Assembly (NCBI GenBank): GCA_964016885.1
Contig: CAXHJY010000949.1
Coordinates: 62,001 to 126,000 of the forward strand
Length of the DNA stretch: 64,000 nt
Source of the DNA: Eledone cirrhosa
Lineage: Eukaryota
Direction: 5' to 3'
In this document: positions 26,755 to 45,888 of the stretch, one piece after another
Layout: the number at the start of each line of letters is the position of its first letter
How positions within the stretch are numbered: the stretch's first letter is position 1
Made by a program: the position numbers and the translations under genes
The notes under the pieces: model-generated
Seen by the model: only the letters and a program-made list of their open reading frames with translations
What the model was told of the DNA's origin: nothing
The model's database searches: none

Positions 26755-29290
26755 ATCATCATCATCATTGTTTTTATGTCCGATTTTTACACTTACATGT
26801 GTTGGACAAGTCCTTTTCAGCATCTCTCCACCCGGTGCGTTCCTTTGTCATCTCCACTGTGAGTGTTAGTGATTTGAGGTCAGCTTTCGCCACCTCTGCC
26901 CAGATCTTCCTTGGTCTACTTCTACTGCAGCTTCCTTCTACTGTGATTTCCTAGCACTTCTTTATCCAGCAATCATCATCCATGAGCCTTAAATGTCCAT
27001 AAAAATGCAGTCTTCTCCATTGCCCTCCATTTCTGATTCCTCTTATATCCAGTTTCACCCTCAGTTCATCCAAGCTCTGCTTTTCTCTCACATTTACATT
27101 GCACATCAAACAAATCATGGTTCTATCATTTATCTCCAGCCTAGGTATATCCTCTGCAGTCACTGCGCATGTTTTCCTATCATGCAGCATCACATATCCT
27201 CTGCAGTCACTGCCCATGTTTCACTATCATGCAGCATCACATATCCTCTGCAGTCACTGCCCATGTTTCCCTATCATGCTGCATCACATATCCTCTGCAG
27301 TCACTGCCCATGTTTCACTATCATGCTGCATCACATATCCTCTGCAGTCACTGCCCATGTTTCCTTATCATGCAGCATCACATATCCTCTGCAGTCACTG
27401 CCCATGTTTCCTTATCATGCAGCATCACATATCCTCTGCAGTCACTGCCCATGTTTCCCTATCATGCAGCATCACATATCCTCTGCAGTCACTGCCCATG
27501 TTTCCCTATCATGCAGCATCACATATCCTCTGCAGTCACTGCCCATGTTTCACTATCATGCAGCATCACATATCCTCTGCAGTCACTGCCCATGTTTCAC
27601 TATCATGCTGCATCACATATCCTCTGCAGTCACTGCCCATGTTTCACTATCATGCTGCATCACATATCCTCTGCAGTCACTGCCCATGTTTCCCTATCAT
27701 GCAGCATCACATATCCTCTGCAGTCACTGCCCATGTTTCCCTATCATGCAGCATCACATATCCTCTGCAGTCACTGCCCATGTTTCACTATCATGCAGCA
27801 TCACATATCCTCTGCAGTCACTGCCCATGTTTCACTATCATGCAGCATCACATATCCTCTGCAGTCACTGCCCATGTTTCCCTATCATGCAGCATCACAT
27901 ATCCTCTGCAGTCACTGCCCATGTTTCACTATCATACAGCATCACATATCCTCTGCAGTCACTGCCCATGTTTCACTATCATGCAGCATCACATATCCTC
28001 TGCAGTCACTGCCCATGTTTCACTATCATGCAGCATCACATATCCTCTGCAGTCACTGCCCATGTTTCACTATCATGCAGCATCACATATCCTCTGCAGT
28101 CACTGCCCATGTTTCACTATCATGCAGCATCACATATCCTCTGCAGTCACTGCCCATGGTTCACTATCATGCAGCATCACATATCCTCTGCAGTCACTGC
28201 CCATGTTTCCCTATCATGCAGCATCACATATCCTCTGCAGTCACTGCCCATGTTTCACTATCATACAGCATCACATATCCTCTGCAGTCACTGCCCATGT
28301 TTCACTATCATACAGCATCACATATCCTCTGCAGTCACTGCCCATGTTTCCCTATCATGCAGCATCACATATCCTCTGCAGTCACTGCCCATGTTTCACT
28401 ATCATACAGCATCACATATCCTCTGCAGTCACTGCCCATGTTTCACTATCATGCAGCATCACATATCCTCTGCAGTCACTGCCCATGTTTCCCTATCATG
28501 CAGCATCACATATCCTCTGCAGTCACTGCCCATGTTTCACTATCATACAGCATCACATATCCTCTGCAGTCACTGCCCATGTTTCACTATCATACAGCAT
28601 CACATATCCTCTGCAGTCACTGCCCATGTTTCACTATCATGCTGCATCACATATCCTCTGCAGTCACTGCCCATGTTTCACTATCATACAGCATCACATA
28701 TCCTCTGCAGTCACTGCCCATGTTTCACTATCATACAGCATCACATATCCTCTGCAGTCACTGCCCATGTTTCACTATCATACAGCATCACATATCCTCT
28801 GCAGTCACTGCCCATGTTTCACTATCATGCTGCATCACATATCCTCTGCAGTCACTGCCCATGTTTCACTATCATACAGCATCACATATCCTCTGCAGTC
28901 ACTGCCCATGTTTCACTATCATGCAGCATCACATATCCTCTGCAGTCACTGCCCATGTTTCCCTATCATGCTGCATCACATATCCTCTGCAGTCACTGCC
29001 CATGTTTCACTATCATGCAGCATCACATATCCTCTGCAGTCACTGCCCATGTTTCACTATCATACAGCATCACATATCCTCTGCAGTCACTGCCCATGTT
29101 TCACTATCATGCTGCATCACATATCCTCTGCAGTCACTGCCCATGTTTCACTATCATACAGCATCACATATCCTCTGCAGTCACTGCCCATGTTTCACTA
29201 TCATGCAGCATCACATATCCTCTGCAGTCACTGCCCATGTTTCACTATCATACAGCATCACATAGTGCACACAGGCATCATTACAGCTAT
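26755..29290 (-). mobile_element. Decayed RTE LINE 3' fragment interrupted by expansion of its own 47-bp segment
   Basis: ORF 26951-27217 is homologous to the RTE thumb region of 39538-39906; (GAT)n tail at ~26755; LINE sequence resumes at ~29264. Confidence 0.8.
27147..29263. repeat. 47-bp minisatellite, about 45 copies
   Basis: Unit atatcctctgcagtcactgcccatgtttcactatcatgcagcatcac; period 47 verified (27241 to 27288). Confidence 0.96.
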
Positions 29291-29564
29291 TCATTTGTAC
29301 ATAGGGTGATTGTATATCTTTAGATACAATCTCCTTAGTGAAGACATTTCTTGTTTGATATACCACTGGGTGGGCTCAATGAGTTGATTCTTTTACATCC
29401 AGGCTGACATATACAGACTTATGTGATATCATAACTGGGAATGTATACTGTGTCGAGTGAGTGCTAAATCCTGCTTATACAAGTGTTTATTGATTAATAC
29501 TTGCAACTGGAAAATTAATAACATATTGATTTACATGAAATAACTATATATATATAAAATCTTG

Positions 29565-29615
<51 letters not shown>

Positions 29616-29630
29616 CATATATATATATAC

Positions 29631-29765
<135 letters not shown>

Positions 29766-29774
29766 TATATACAT

Positions 29775-30756
29775 CATATCATCATCATCGTTTAACGTCC
29801 ATATTCCACGCTTGCATGGGTTTGGACGGGGGTTTTCCCAATTGAGGCAAGAGGGTTGTCTTGCTCGCATAGGACTGTCTGGCGGGTTTTCTACGGCTGG
29901 ATGCCCTTCCTAACACCAACCACATTTACCGTGTTGCCTACACGGCCACATTACAGCGTGGACTGTGTGTTTTTTTTTGTCGTGACACCTACACAACCTC
30001 ATTTGTTTCGGGCTGGATGTTGTGACACCAACATAACTTTACATTGAAGGGGTGGTGTGGATAGGGTGGGGGTAGTGGGACGGGGTGTATTTTGATAGAG
30101 GTACCTACTGACTGTAGTAGGTTTCACTTTGTACTTAGGTAAGGCGGGTCTTCTCTATTACTGAGTACCGCCAAAGGTCTCGGTCCAGTGACATTGTCTT
30201 GGAGAGGTGTAAGTGTGTGAGGTCGGAATTTATCAAGTCATTCCAGGTTTTTCTGGGTCTGCCTACTCCGTGGCTACCATCTATTTTTATTGCCCTGCTC
30301 TTTTTTATACAGCTGTCGTCTTTCATGCGCATCACGTGACCATACCAACATAGTCTTCTCTCGAGTAAACAACATCTGATAACTCTTATTTCTGATTTCT
30401 CCCTTAGTACGTTTATGCTTTGCCGTTCACGTATGTTATTATTACACATCCAGCGGAGCATGCAAACTTCGTTTCTCCCCAGTCTGTGTATATCCCCTGC
30501 ACACAATGCCCAGGTCTCAGGGCCATGTAACATTGCTGTTCGTAAGCAAGCATCATACAGCCTGCATTTCATTTTTAGAGAGAACCCTTTAGCGGCCAAT
30601 AGTGGTATAAGCTCTCTGAACTTTTTCCATCCCGTTCTGACCCTAGCTACTGTACTTTCAGAGCACCCTCCCCCACTGCTGATTTTATCACCTAGGTAAC
30701 GGAAGCTGTCCACTATTTCTATAGAACCATCTGCCATCTGTGCAATGGAATGAGTT
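29775..30756 (-). mobile_element. 5'-truncated RTE LINE (ORF C-terminus + 3' UTR + (GAT)n tail)
   Basis: [57 protein letters not shown] in ORF ending at 30135. Confidence 0.9.
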
Positions 30757-30758
30757 AG

Positions 30759-30795
30759 TATATACATATATATATATACATATATATATATATAC

Positions 30796-30826
<31 letters not shown>

Positions 30827-30852
30827 CATATAACATATATACATATATATAT

Positions 30853-30923
<71 letters not shown>

Positions 30924-31028
30924 TATATACATATTTATATACATATATATATACATATATATATATACATATATATACTTATATATATATCTACATATAT
31001 ATACATATATATATATACATATATATAC

Positions 31029-31076
<48 letters not shown>

Positions 31077-31083
31077 ATATACT

Positions 31084-31119
<36 letters not shown>

Positions 31120-31151
31120 CATTTATATATATATATATACATATATATATA

Positions 31152-31243
<92 letters not shown>

Positions 31244-31260
31244 ATACATATATATATATA

Positions 31261-31321
<61 letters not shown>

Positions 31322-31599
31322 GTACACATATATATATGTACACATATATATATGTACACATATATATATGTACTCATATATATATGTACATATATATATA
31401 TATACAAATATATATATATATACAAATATATATATATACAAATATATATATATACATATATATATATATACAAATATATATATACAAATATATATATATA
31501 CATATATATATACAAATATATATATATATACAAATATATATATACATATATATATATACATATATATATATATACATATATATATATACATATATATAC

Positions 31600-31646
<47 letters not shown>

Positions 31647-31661
31647 CATATATATATAAAC

Positions 31662-31710
<49 letters not shown>

Positions 31711-31770
31711 CATATATATATATACATATATATATACATATATATATATATACATATATATACATATATA

Positions 31771-31830
<60 letters not shown>

Positions 31831-31861
31831 CATATATATACATATATATACATATATATAC

Positions 31862-31922
<61 letters not shown>

Positions 31923-31933
31923 CATATATATAC

Positions 31934-32026
<93 letters not shown>

Positions 32027-32031
32027 TATAC

Positions 32032-32062
<31 letters not shown>

Positions 32063-32273
32063 CATATATATATATACATATATATACATATATATATATA
32101 TACATATATATATATACATATATATACATATATATATATATACATATATATACATATATATATATATACATATATATATACATATATATATATACATATA
32201 TATACATATATATATATATACATATATATACATATATACATATATATATATATATACATTTATATATATATAT
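30759..32273. repeat. (TA)n/(TACA) microsatellite
   Basis: Direct inspection. Confidence 0.96.
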
Positions 32274-32643
32274 GAGAGACGTAAAATAAGAAAATTATAA
32301 AATTAACTTACTTACTAAAATATCACTTCCACCTAATTAGTTTCTGGAATGGAATAAATATATTTTCCGAAGGAGATACAGAGAAGCATTCCGTCGTCAG
32401 GGAGGTCTATTCTCATCTAAGTATCCAGCCAAAGCGTGGACACTGGAAACTTATTAAAAAATAATTCAGTGGATAGGAAATAGCAAAGCGTGGACTGAAT
32501 TCCTAGCCATTGAGAAAATCACTGCCTCTGCGTCGGTGGCAAATTCAAAAAGAATCAATCACTTGACATATATATATATATATATACACATATATATATA
32601 CATATATATATACATATATATACATATATATATATATATATAT

Positions 32644-33978
<1,335 letters not shown>

Positions 33979-33989
33979 TAATATAGATG

Positions 33990-34040
33990 AGATTCTACAG
34001 GACTAGAACTGTTTCATTCATTAGAAATCATCAGGAATCT
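33990..34040 (-). ncRNA. Type I hammerhead ribozyme
   Basis: agattc-CTGATGA-tttc taat gaat-GAAA-cag ttctagtc ctg-TA-gaatct; canonical core, GUA site. Confidence 0.82.
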
Positions 34041-34544
34041 GGGTATCAAAAAATAAATATGGTATTTATAGGTCTCTACAAGTGGTAGGAGAGGGTGGGG
34101 AGTGGGATGGGTGCAGGTCATTGGTTGATAGAAAAGGGAATTCATTAAAAGCTAATTCTACAAAGCTATAGTTTATTTTTATTTTTATTTATATTTATTT
34201 ATGTTTTTAGAGTAACAAAGGCAGACAGAATTCTATAAACAGGTTCCGGATGGCATACCATTCCTTGTCAATAAGTTTCTCTTAAGCTAACAGATGTCTA
34301 TAAAATCAGTGGGGCGTCAGTCATGGTCGATAGAATTAAGAGAAGGGAGATTCTTTAAAAGCTAAAGTCATTAAGGTTCTACTAAGTGACAAAGGTCTAG
34401 AGAATTCTGCAGACAGATTCAAAATACTGAGTGCATATCTTACTATTATCTTCGAACTTCTCTTAAACTAATCAACTATATGCCAAAAATCAACAGACAC
34501 ATTCACAAAAAAACAAAAAAACAAAAAAACAAAAAAACACATAC

Positions 34545-36610
<2,066 letters not shown>

Positions 36611-36697
36611 GTTTTAATGTAGAAGAGATTCTACAGGACTAGAACTGTTCATTCATTAGAAATCATCAGGAATCCTCCGATTCAACCCGGAATAACG
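36611..36697 (-). mobile_element. Hammerhead-family remnant (GAAA reduced to GAA) joined to an inverted 22-bp element terminus
   Basis: 36627-36674 matches 33990-34040; ctccgattcaacccggaataac is the reverse complement of 63448-63469. Confidence 0.72.
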
Positions 36698-36724
36698 TAT
36701 ATATATATACATATATATATATAT

Positions 36725-36803
<79 letters not shown>

Positions 36804-36845
36804 TATACGTATATATACCATATACATATATATATGTATATATAA

Positions 36846-37875
36846 CAACACCAAAGCCCAAGTCATCCTGATATCACTGCTCTACACCAACACCAAAGCC
36901 CAAGTCATTACACCTGATGGGATGACAGAGTTCTTTGAGATACTGGCTGGAGTGCTCCAGGGAGATACATTGGCTCCCTACCTTTTTGTCATCGTACTGG
37001 ACTATTGTATGCGCCTTGCACTGGAGAAACACCAGGACTCTGGCTTTACTGTAGCACCGGCTCAGAGTAGTAGAGTTGGGGCGAAAAAGGTATCGGATGC
37101 TGAATTTGCCGACGACATAGTTTTGGTGACAGATACAGTGAGGGAGGCAGAGGATTTGATGCGGGAGGTTGAGACTGTGTCGATGAGTGTGGGGCTGAGA
37201 ATGAATGAGACTAAAACAAAATATCTGGTAGAGAATGTTGGGAAGCCAGAGGGGATCACTAATGTAGGCGGGAAGCCGCTGGAATTGGTTGAGGACTTCC
37301 TGTATTTGGGAGCAAAGATTGGGAATACGGAAGATGATGTGGTTGAGAGGAAGAGCAAGGCCTGGGCGGCGTGTCACGGCTTGAGATCGGTGTGGAAGTC
37401 GGACCTTCGTGGAGACCTGAAAATCCGCCTCTTCATTGCTGTAGTGGAGTCTGTGCTGCTGTATGGGTCTGAGACTTGGACACTGACCAAGAGACTCACT
37501 CAGATGGTGGATGGGTGCTACACGAGAATGCTGAGGATGGCTCTGAACATTAATCAGTATACACTGAGGATGAAAAACTCAGAGCTGTATGGGAGCATCC
37601 CAAAAGTCAGCTCAAAAGTGACACAGGGGAGACTGAGGTTGGCTGGACATGCTCACCGACATCCAGAGTTGACATTGCACTCAGTGCTCCTTTGGGAGCC
37701 CCTACATGGACACACTAGAAGAGGAAGACCAAGGTTAACATATGTTGATGCCCTAAGGACAGACACTGGTCTGTTGGAGATGCAGGATATGGCAGCGATA
37801 ATGAGGGACAGAGACCGCTGGAGAGAACTCGTCCATGGATCTCGGGAATTTTACCCGCCTTAGATAGATAGATAG

Positions 37876-37878
<3 letters not shown>
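36846..37878 (+). mobile_element. 5'-truncated RTE-like LINE of a second family, intact 313-aa RT C-terminal ORF (36922-37863), (TAGA)n tail
   Basis: [47 protein letters not shown]. Confidence 0.9.
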
Positions 37879-37950
<72 letters not shown>

Positions 37951-37954
37951 CATA

Positions 37955-38226
37955 TGTGATGTGTTGTTTCCTTGAGCAAGAGACTTTATTCACATTGCTC
38001 CAGTTTACTCAGCTGTAGAAATGAGATGATAGGGACTGGGGTCTCTATCATTCCACTGCAAAGTGGTCGTGGAGGTGCCACGGCAAAAAAAGCACCCAGC
38101 ACTCACTGTAAATGAGGTTGGTGTTAGGAAGGGCATCCAGCTGTAGAAATCAAGCCAGAATCAGTTCCCGTCCCACCCTTGCAAGCAGGGAAAAAGTGGA
38201 CGTAAAATGAAATGATGATGATGGAA
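37955..38226 (+). mobile_element. SINE family B, 5'-truncated
   Basis: Near identical to 13826-14083. Confidence 0.88.
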
Positions 38227-38231
38227 TGATG

Positions 38232-38472
<241 letters not shown>

Positions 38473-38487
38473 CATATATATATATAC

Positions 38488-38540
<53 letters not shown>

Positions 38541-38555
38541 CATATATATATATAC

Positions 38556-38608
<53 letters not shown>

Positions 38609-38623
38609 CATATATATATATAC

Positions 38624-39247
<624 letters not shown>

Positions 39248-39257
39248 CATATATATA

Positions 39258-42200
39258 TCATCATCATCATCACCATTTTACGTCCTTTCTTCCATGCTAG
39301 CATGGGTTAGACGGGTTGTCCTGTTGTGGGCAGTGTCTGGTCGACTGACTATGCCTTCTCCATACAGAAACTGATTTGGCTTGATTTCTACAGTTGGATG
39401 ACCTTCCTAACACCAACCTCATTTACAGTGAGTGCTGGGTGCTTTTTCGTTGCGCCTACACATCCACTTTACAGTGTGGGCTGGGTTATTTTTTGCTGTG
39501 GCACCTCCACGACCACCTTGCGGTGAGGGCATATTGTCTATATGCTTCGTCGGGTACTCTGTATTACTGCATGACGCCAGAGGTCACGGTCGTGTGTCAT
39601 CGCCTTTGAGAGGTGTAATTGGGTAAGGTCGGCTTTTATCACCTCATCCCAGGTCATCTTGGGTCTCCCCACTCCGCGGTTTCCATTGACTTCTAGTGCT
39701 CTGCACCTTTTTATGCAGCTGTCATCCTTCGTACGCATCACATGTCCATACCAATGCAACCGCCTCTCCTGCACACAGCATTTGATTCCTCTTATGCTCA
39801 GTCTCTCTCTCAATTCGTTTATGCTTTGTCGTTCGCATATATTACTATTACACATCCATCGGAGCATGCAGGCTTCGTTTCTCTCTAATCTACGTAAATC
39901 TTCCACCTTCAGCGCCTAGGTCTCACTACCATGCAACATCGCTGTTCGGATACACGCATCATACAGTCTGCCTTTCATTTTGAGGGAGCAGCCTTTTGCA
40001 GCTAGCAGTGGTAGTAGTTCCCTAAACTTCTTCCATCCCGTTCTTACCCTAGTTATTGTACTTTCTGAACACCCATCTCCGCTGCTAATTCGGTCACCTA
40101 GGTAGCAGAAGCTGTCTACTGTTTCTACAGCGCCCTCCCAGAGATTGGTGGTACTTGTTTCCTGTGGCTGTTTGCTGCTTCCTGTCCCAGCACAGCTGCT
40201 ACATGTGAAGCCTTCATTCTTAATTAAGCTTCCTGAGATCCCGCTACATCTCTTGTGTACCCATTGTTTGCATTTGGGACAGAGAATGGAGTTCCTACCT
40301 ACACCTTTCCTACATACTGGGCAAGGCCATTTCCCTGAGGGGATCTGGGTTCTGTTTTCTTGTGTACTTACAAGAACCTTAGTCTTTGTCATGTTGACTT
40401 TGAGACCCTTTCTTTCTAGTGCTTGCTTCCAAGTTTGGAATTTCTTCTCTAGTTCTACCATAGATTCAGCTATAAGTGCGAGGTCATCAGCATACAGAAG
40501 TTCCCATGGGCATCCGGTCTTAAACTCCTCCGTTATTGCCTGCAGGACTATGATGAACAGGAGGGGGCTAAGAACAGAGCCCTGGTGGACCCCAACCTGT
40601 ATGCTAAATTCATCGCTATACTCATTGCTAATCCTAACTTTGCTGACTGCTCCCCTATACATGGCTTGTACCGCTTTCACAAGCCATTCATCTACTCCTA
40701 GTTTTCTAAGAGCCCACCAGATTACAGCACGTGGAACTCTGTCAAAGGCTTTCTCAAGGTCGACAAATGCCAGGTAGAGTGGCTTACTTTTAGCTAGGTA
40801 CTTTTCCTGTAACTGCCTGACAAGGAAGAGGGCATCAGTGGTGCCACTTCCTGGTACAAACCCAAATTGCATCTCGTCTAGTTTCACCCGGTCCCTAATC
40901 AACTGTGCTATAACTCTTTCTGTTACTTTAATGACCTGGTCCATCAGCTTTATACCTCTATAGTTTCCTCTATCTAGTGCATCACCTTTACCTTTGTAGC
41001 AGTTGACAATGATGCTACTGCACCAATCTTTTGGTATGACACCTTCTAGTATTACCTGGTTAACAATACGTGTGGTTATAGTGTGACCTGCATCTCGGCA
41101 GCTATACCCGATGGACCGGTTGCCTTCCCCATCTACATATCTTTGATTGCCTTACTTACTACACTGCTGCTGACTTGTACTGCTGGCCCCTCTATAGGGT
41201 CTACTTGGAGTAGGGTCTCTTCTTCCCATGCATTCTCCTCATTTAGTAATCTATCATAATGACTCTTCCATGCATCTTTCTTCTCAGCACTTGTGAGGGC
41301 AAGCTCACCTTTATCATTCCGGATACACTTCTCTCCAATGACATCACAATTCTCTCTGACATACTGCCTCGCAATCCTGAACACCTCCTGTTTCTGGTCC
41401 TCACGTTGCAAAACATGCTTGAATTTTCTATCCTCTGCTTCCCTCCTACCTAAGTATACTTGTCGCCTAGCTTCCCTCTTCGTCACTATGTAATGTACCC
41501 TGCTCCCCCCATTCTTCCATTCTTTCCATGCCTGTCTCTTGGCCTTAACTGCTTCATCTACCTTACTGTTCCACCACCAAGTCATTCTCCTCCGTCGCAT
41601 CTAGTAAGTTATTTTTTAGGAACTCCCAGTTCTCTTCTAGATTGAATGTTTCTATCTGTTCTTCTTTACTGTCGTAGGCGTTGAATATAATATCTTTAAA
41701 TCTGTTACTGGTTGAGGGGTCTTTTAGCTTCCAGATCTTTCTTCTCCAGGTTGGCCTCTGTTTCCAGGTTCATCTAGTTCTGACTGTGAGGCCGCTGACA
41801 ACTAAGCTATGTTGGGATTTACATTCCTCACTAGGGAAGACTTTTGTGTTTATGACCGTCCATCTATCACGTCCTCTGATGAGGATAAAATCTATCTGAC
41901 TAGAGTGCTGCCCTGATCTATAGGTGATCAGGTGGCTGTCAGGTTTTTTGAAGTTTGTGTTACATATCGACATGTCATTGGCATTGCAGAATTCTAGAAG
42001 TCTGAATCCTTCCTCATTTCTTGTGCCAACCCCATGGCCTCCATGGACTCTATTGAAGCCGTCGCAGTCTTTACCTACATGTCCGTTAAAATCTCCTGCG
42101 ATGATTAGGAAGTCATTGTCATTATTAGAGCAGTAGTATGCATTAGGGACTCGTAAAAACCTATCCTTAAGTTCGTCTGGCAACCCCAATTGGGGTGCAT

Positions 42201-42436
42201 AAGCTGATATTATTGTGGTAATTGTTTTATTCAGGACTAGTCTGAGTTTAATGATTCTTGCATTTACCCTGTACACTGAGATTACTTTAGCTACCCACTT
42301 GTCAGCTAGTAGTATACCTACACCACCCATCCCATCGTCATTTCCCACCCATAAAAATTTGTAGCACCGACTTTTTCCTACAAGGACTCTAGCAGACTCT
42401 CCTCTCCTTCTAGTCTCTTGCACACAGCATACATCA
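39258..42436 (-). mobile_element. RTE-type LINE (APE endonuclease + RT), decayed, 5' end lost in microsatellite
   Basis: APE motifs [36 protein letters not shown] motifs FVDLEKAFDRV, GVHQGSVLSPLLF, LLYADDL, FCYLG. Stops/frameshifts between ORFs 41770-, 41133-, 39916- and 39538-; 3' UTR with (GAT)n tail. Confidence 0.93.
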
Positions 42437-42438
42437 AT

Positions 42439-42496
<58 letters not shown>

Positions 42497-42550
42497 TATA
42501 TATATATACACATATATATATATATATATATAGATATATATATATACACA

Positions 42551-42582
<32 letters not shown>

Positions 42583-42583
42583 C

Positions 42584-42646
<63 letters not shown>

Positions 42647-42653
<7 letters not shown>

Positions 42654-43003
42654 GTGAGGTTTTTTTTACAAAATGAAAAATAACCGAGGTGTCCTACACG
42701 AGTGAAAGTATAAAGAAAAAGAGATGAAATCGAAAATGCAACTGGAGTCATATTTTTTAAAAAAATATACATATTTATTTGGTTCCTTTACCGGTTTCGC
42801 AGTTCTTCTGCTTTACAAAAGGTGAGTTGAGATGGAGGGTCTGTGGTTTTTCTCACATCAGATGTGAGAAAAACCACAGGCCCTCCATCTCAACTCACCT
42901 TTTGAAAAGCAGATGAACTGCGAAACCGGTAAAGGAACCAAACAAATATATATATTTAAAAAAAAATAAGACTCCAATTGCATTTTCGATTTCATCTCTT
43001 TTT

Positions 43004-43010
<7 letters not shown>
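42647..43010. mobile_element. Tail + ~150-bp-arm palindrome with U3-A8 hammerheads
   Basis: Arms 42709-42859 and 42861-43010 with several mismatches; hammerheads at 42898-42935 (+) and 42785-42822 (-, A6 mutated). Confidence 0.8.
42898..42935 (+). ncRNA. Minimal type I hammerhead ribozyme, U3-A8 core variant
   Basis: cctt-TTGAAAA-gcag atgaa ctgc-GAAA-ccgg-TA-aagg. Confidence 0.72.
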
Positions 43011-43070
<60 letters not shown>

Positions 43071-43080
43071 CATATATATA

Positions 43081-43603
43081 TCATCATCATCATCATCATC
43101 ATCAACGTTTAACGTCCGTGTTCCACGCTTGCATGGGTTTGGACGGGGGTAGTCCCACTTGAGGCAAGAGTGATTGTCTTGCTCGCATAGGACTGTCTGG
43201 CAGGTTTTCTACAGTTGGATGCCCTTCCTAACACCAACCACATTTACAGTGTGGGTCTGGGAGGTTTTTACCGTGTTGCCTACACGGCCACATTACAGCG
43301 TGGACTGTGTGTTTTTTTGTCGTGACACCTACACGATCTCATTTGTTTCGGCCTCGATGGCGCGGCACCAACATAACTTTACATAGAACGGGGTGGTGTG
43401 GATGGGGTGGGGGTGGGGGTGGTGGGGCGGGGTGTATTTTGTTAGGGATGCCTACTGGCTGGAGTAGGTTTTACTATATATTTAGGTAAGGCGGGTCTTC
43501 TCTGTTACTGAGTACCGCCAAAGGTCTCGGTCCAGTGACATTGTCTTGGAGAGGTGTAAGTGTGTGATGTCGGAGTTTATCAGCTCGTCCCAGGTTTTTC
43601 TAG
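43081..43603 (-). mobile_element. RTE LINE 3' fragment, same family as 29775-30756
   Basis: [40 protein letters not shown] plus homologous 3' UTR. Confidence 0.88.
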
Positions 43604-43604
43604 G

Positions 43605-44572
<968 letters not shown>

Positions 44573-44573
44573 A

Positions 44574-44791
44574 GTGAAGGTGTGTGGCTGAGTGGTTAGA
44601 GAATTGGATTCACAATCGTGAGATTGTGAGTTCGATTCCCGGACCGGGCGATGCGTTATGTCCTTGAGCAAGACACTTTATTTCTTGTTGCTCCTTCTAC
44701 CTGGAGTTGCGACCGATAGATAGTATTAGCAACTGGAAATACCAATGGAAACATTGTTTCCTCGGTCCGATTTGATGAAAGTCGATTGTTC

Positions 44792-44795
<4 letters not shown>
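44574..44795 (+). mobile_element. tRNA-head + CORE-like SINE with a different 3' part
   Basis: A box tggctgagtggttag, B box gagttcgattcc, ccttgagcaagacacttt. Confidence 0.75.
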
Positions 44796-44860
<65 letters not shown>

Positions 44861-45888
44861 GCTTGTTTTGAATGTTTATGTGGGTGTACATAGCTTAGCA
44901 ATTCGGCAAAAAACAAGTGCGTGAAATTAAGTTACCTAACTTGAACAAAAGAAGTACTTTTGTTGATATAACTGACTAATTCAAGGCATTGCTCTAGCAT
45001 GGCCATATGACTGAAACTAGTAAAAATATAAAAGTGTATGTATTTGATTGGAAAGTGGGTTTTTGATGTTGAATAAATTTAACCAATGTTATTTATTCGC
45101 CTTCTTCAATTACTAAACTTAACTAACGAAGGTTATGGTTCCTACTTTAACTAAACCAAAATATATTAGAAGCTAACTAACTGTAATGAATAGCTTTTGT
45201 GGTTTTGCAACCATTGTTATTTTACACAGACACACACACACACACACACACATATATACATATATATATACATACACACCACAATATATACATAGACATA
45301 CACATACACCCCCACATGTACATATATACATACACATATATACACCCACACTCATACATAATTACATACACATATATACACACACACACACTCATACATA
45401 CTTCAATGCATACATATTGCATACATATATACATACATACTTACGTACATACACACACACACACACACATATATATATGTATATATACCCACATGTACAT
45501 ACATACATGTATGTGTGTGAGAGTATGTATGTATATATTTACATGATATATGATATATACATGCATCATCATCATTTAACAACCATTTTCCCAGCTAGTA
45601 AAGGTGATTTGATTCATGAAACAGTTCTTGTCCTGTAGAAGTGATTTCTATATGTAATAAATATGGTTAGTCTCTACTAATATGCTAAGTACCTTATCTA
45701 ACTTTGATTTCTTTCCAATACCCTTTGGAAATCCATCCTTAATTATACATACAGTACATACAAATTTATATATATATACAAATATATATATATATCATCA
45801 TCATCATCATCATAGCTTTGACTCATGGTAATATGAAAACATCATCATCATCATCACCATAATCATTATTGTTGTTGTTATTAATATT

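Noticed and set aside
26993-29323. Three 700-aa Cys/His-rich ORFs as metal-binding proteins
   Set aside because: All three frames give the same permuted peptide because a stop-free 47-bp unit is repeated; the unit is antisense LINE sequence.
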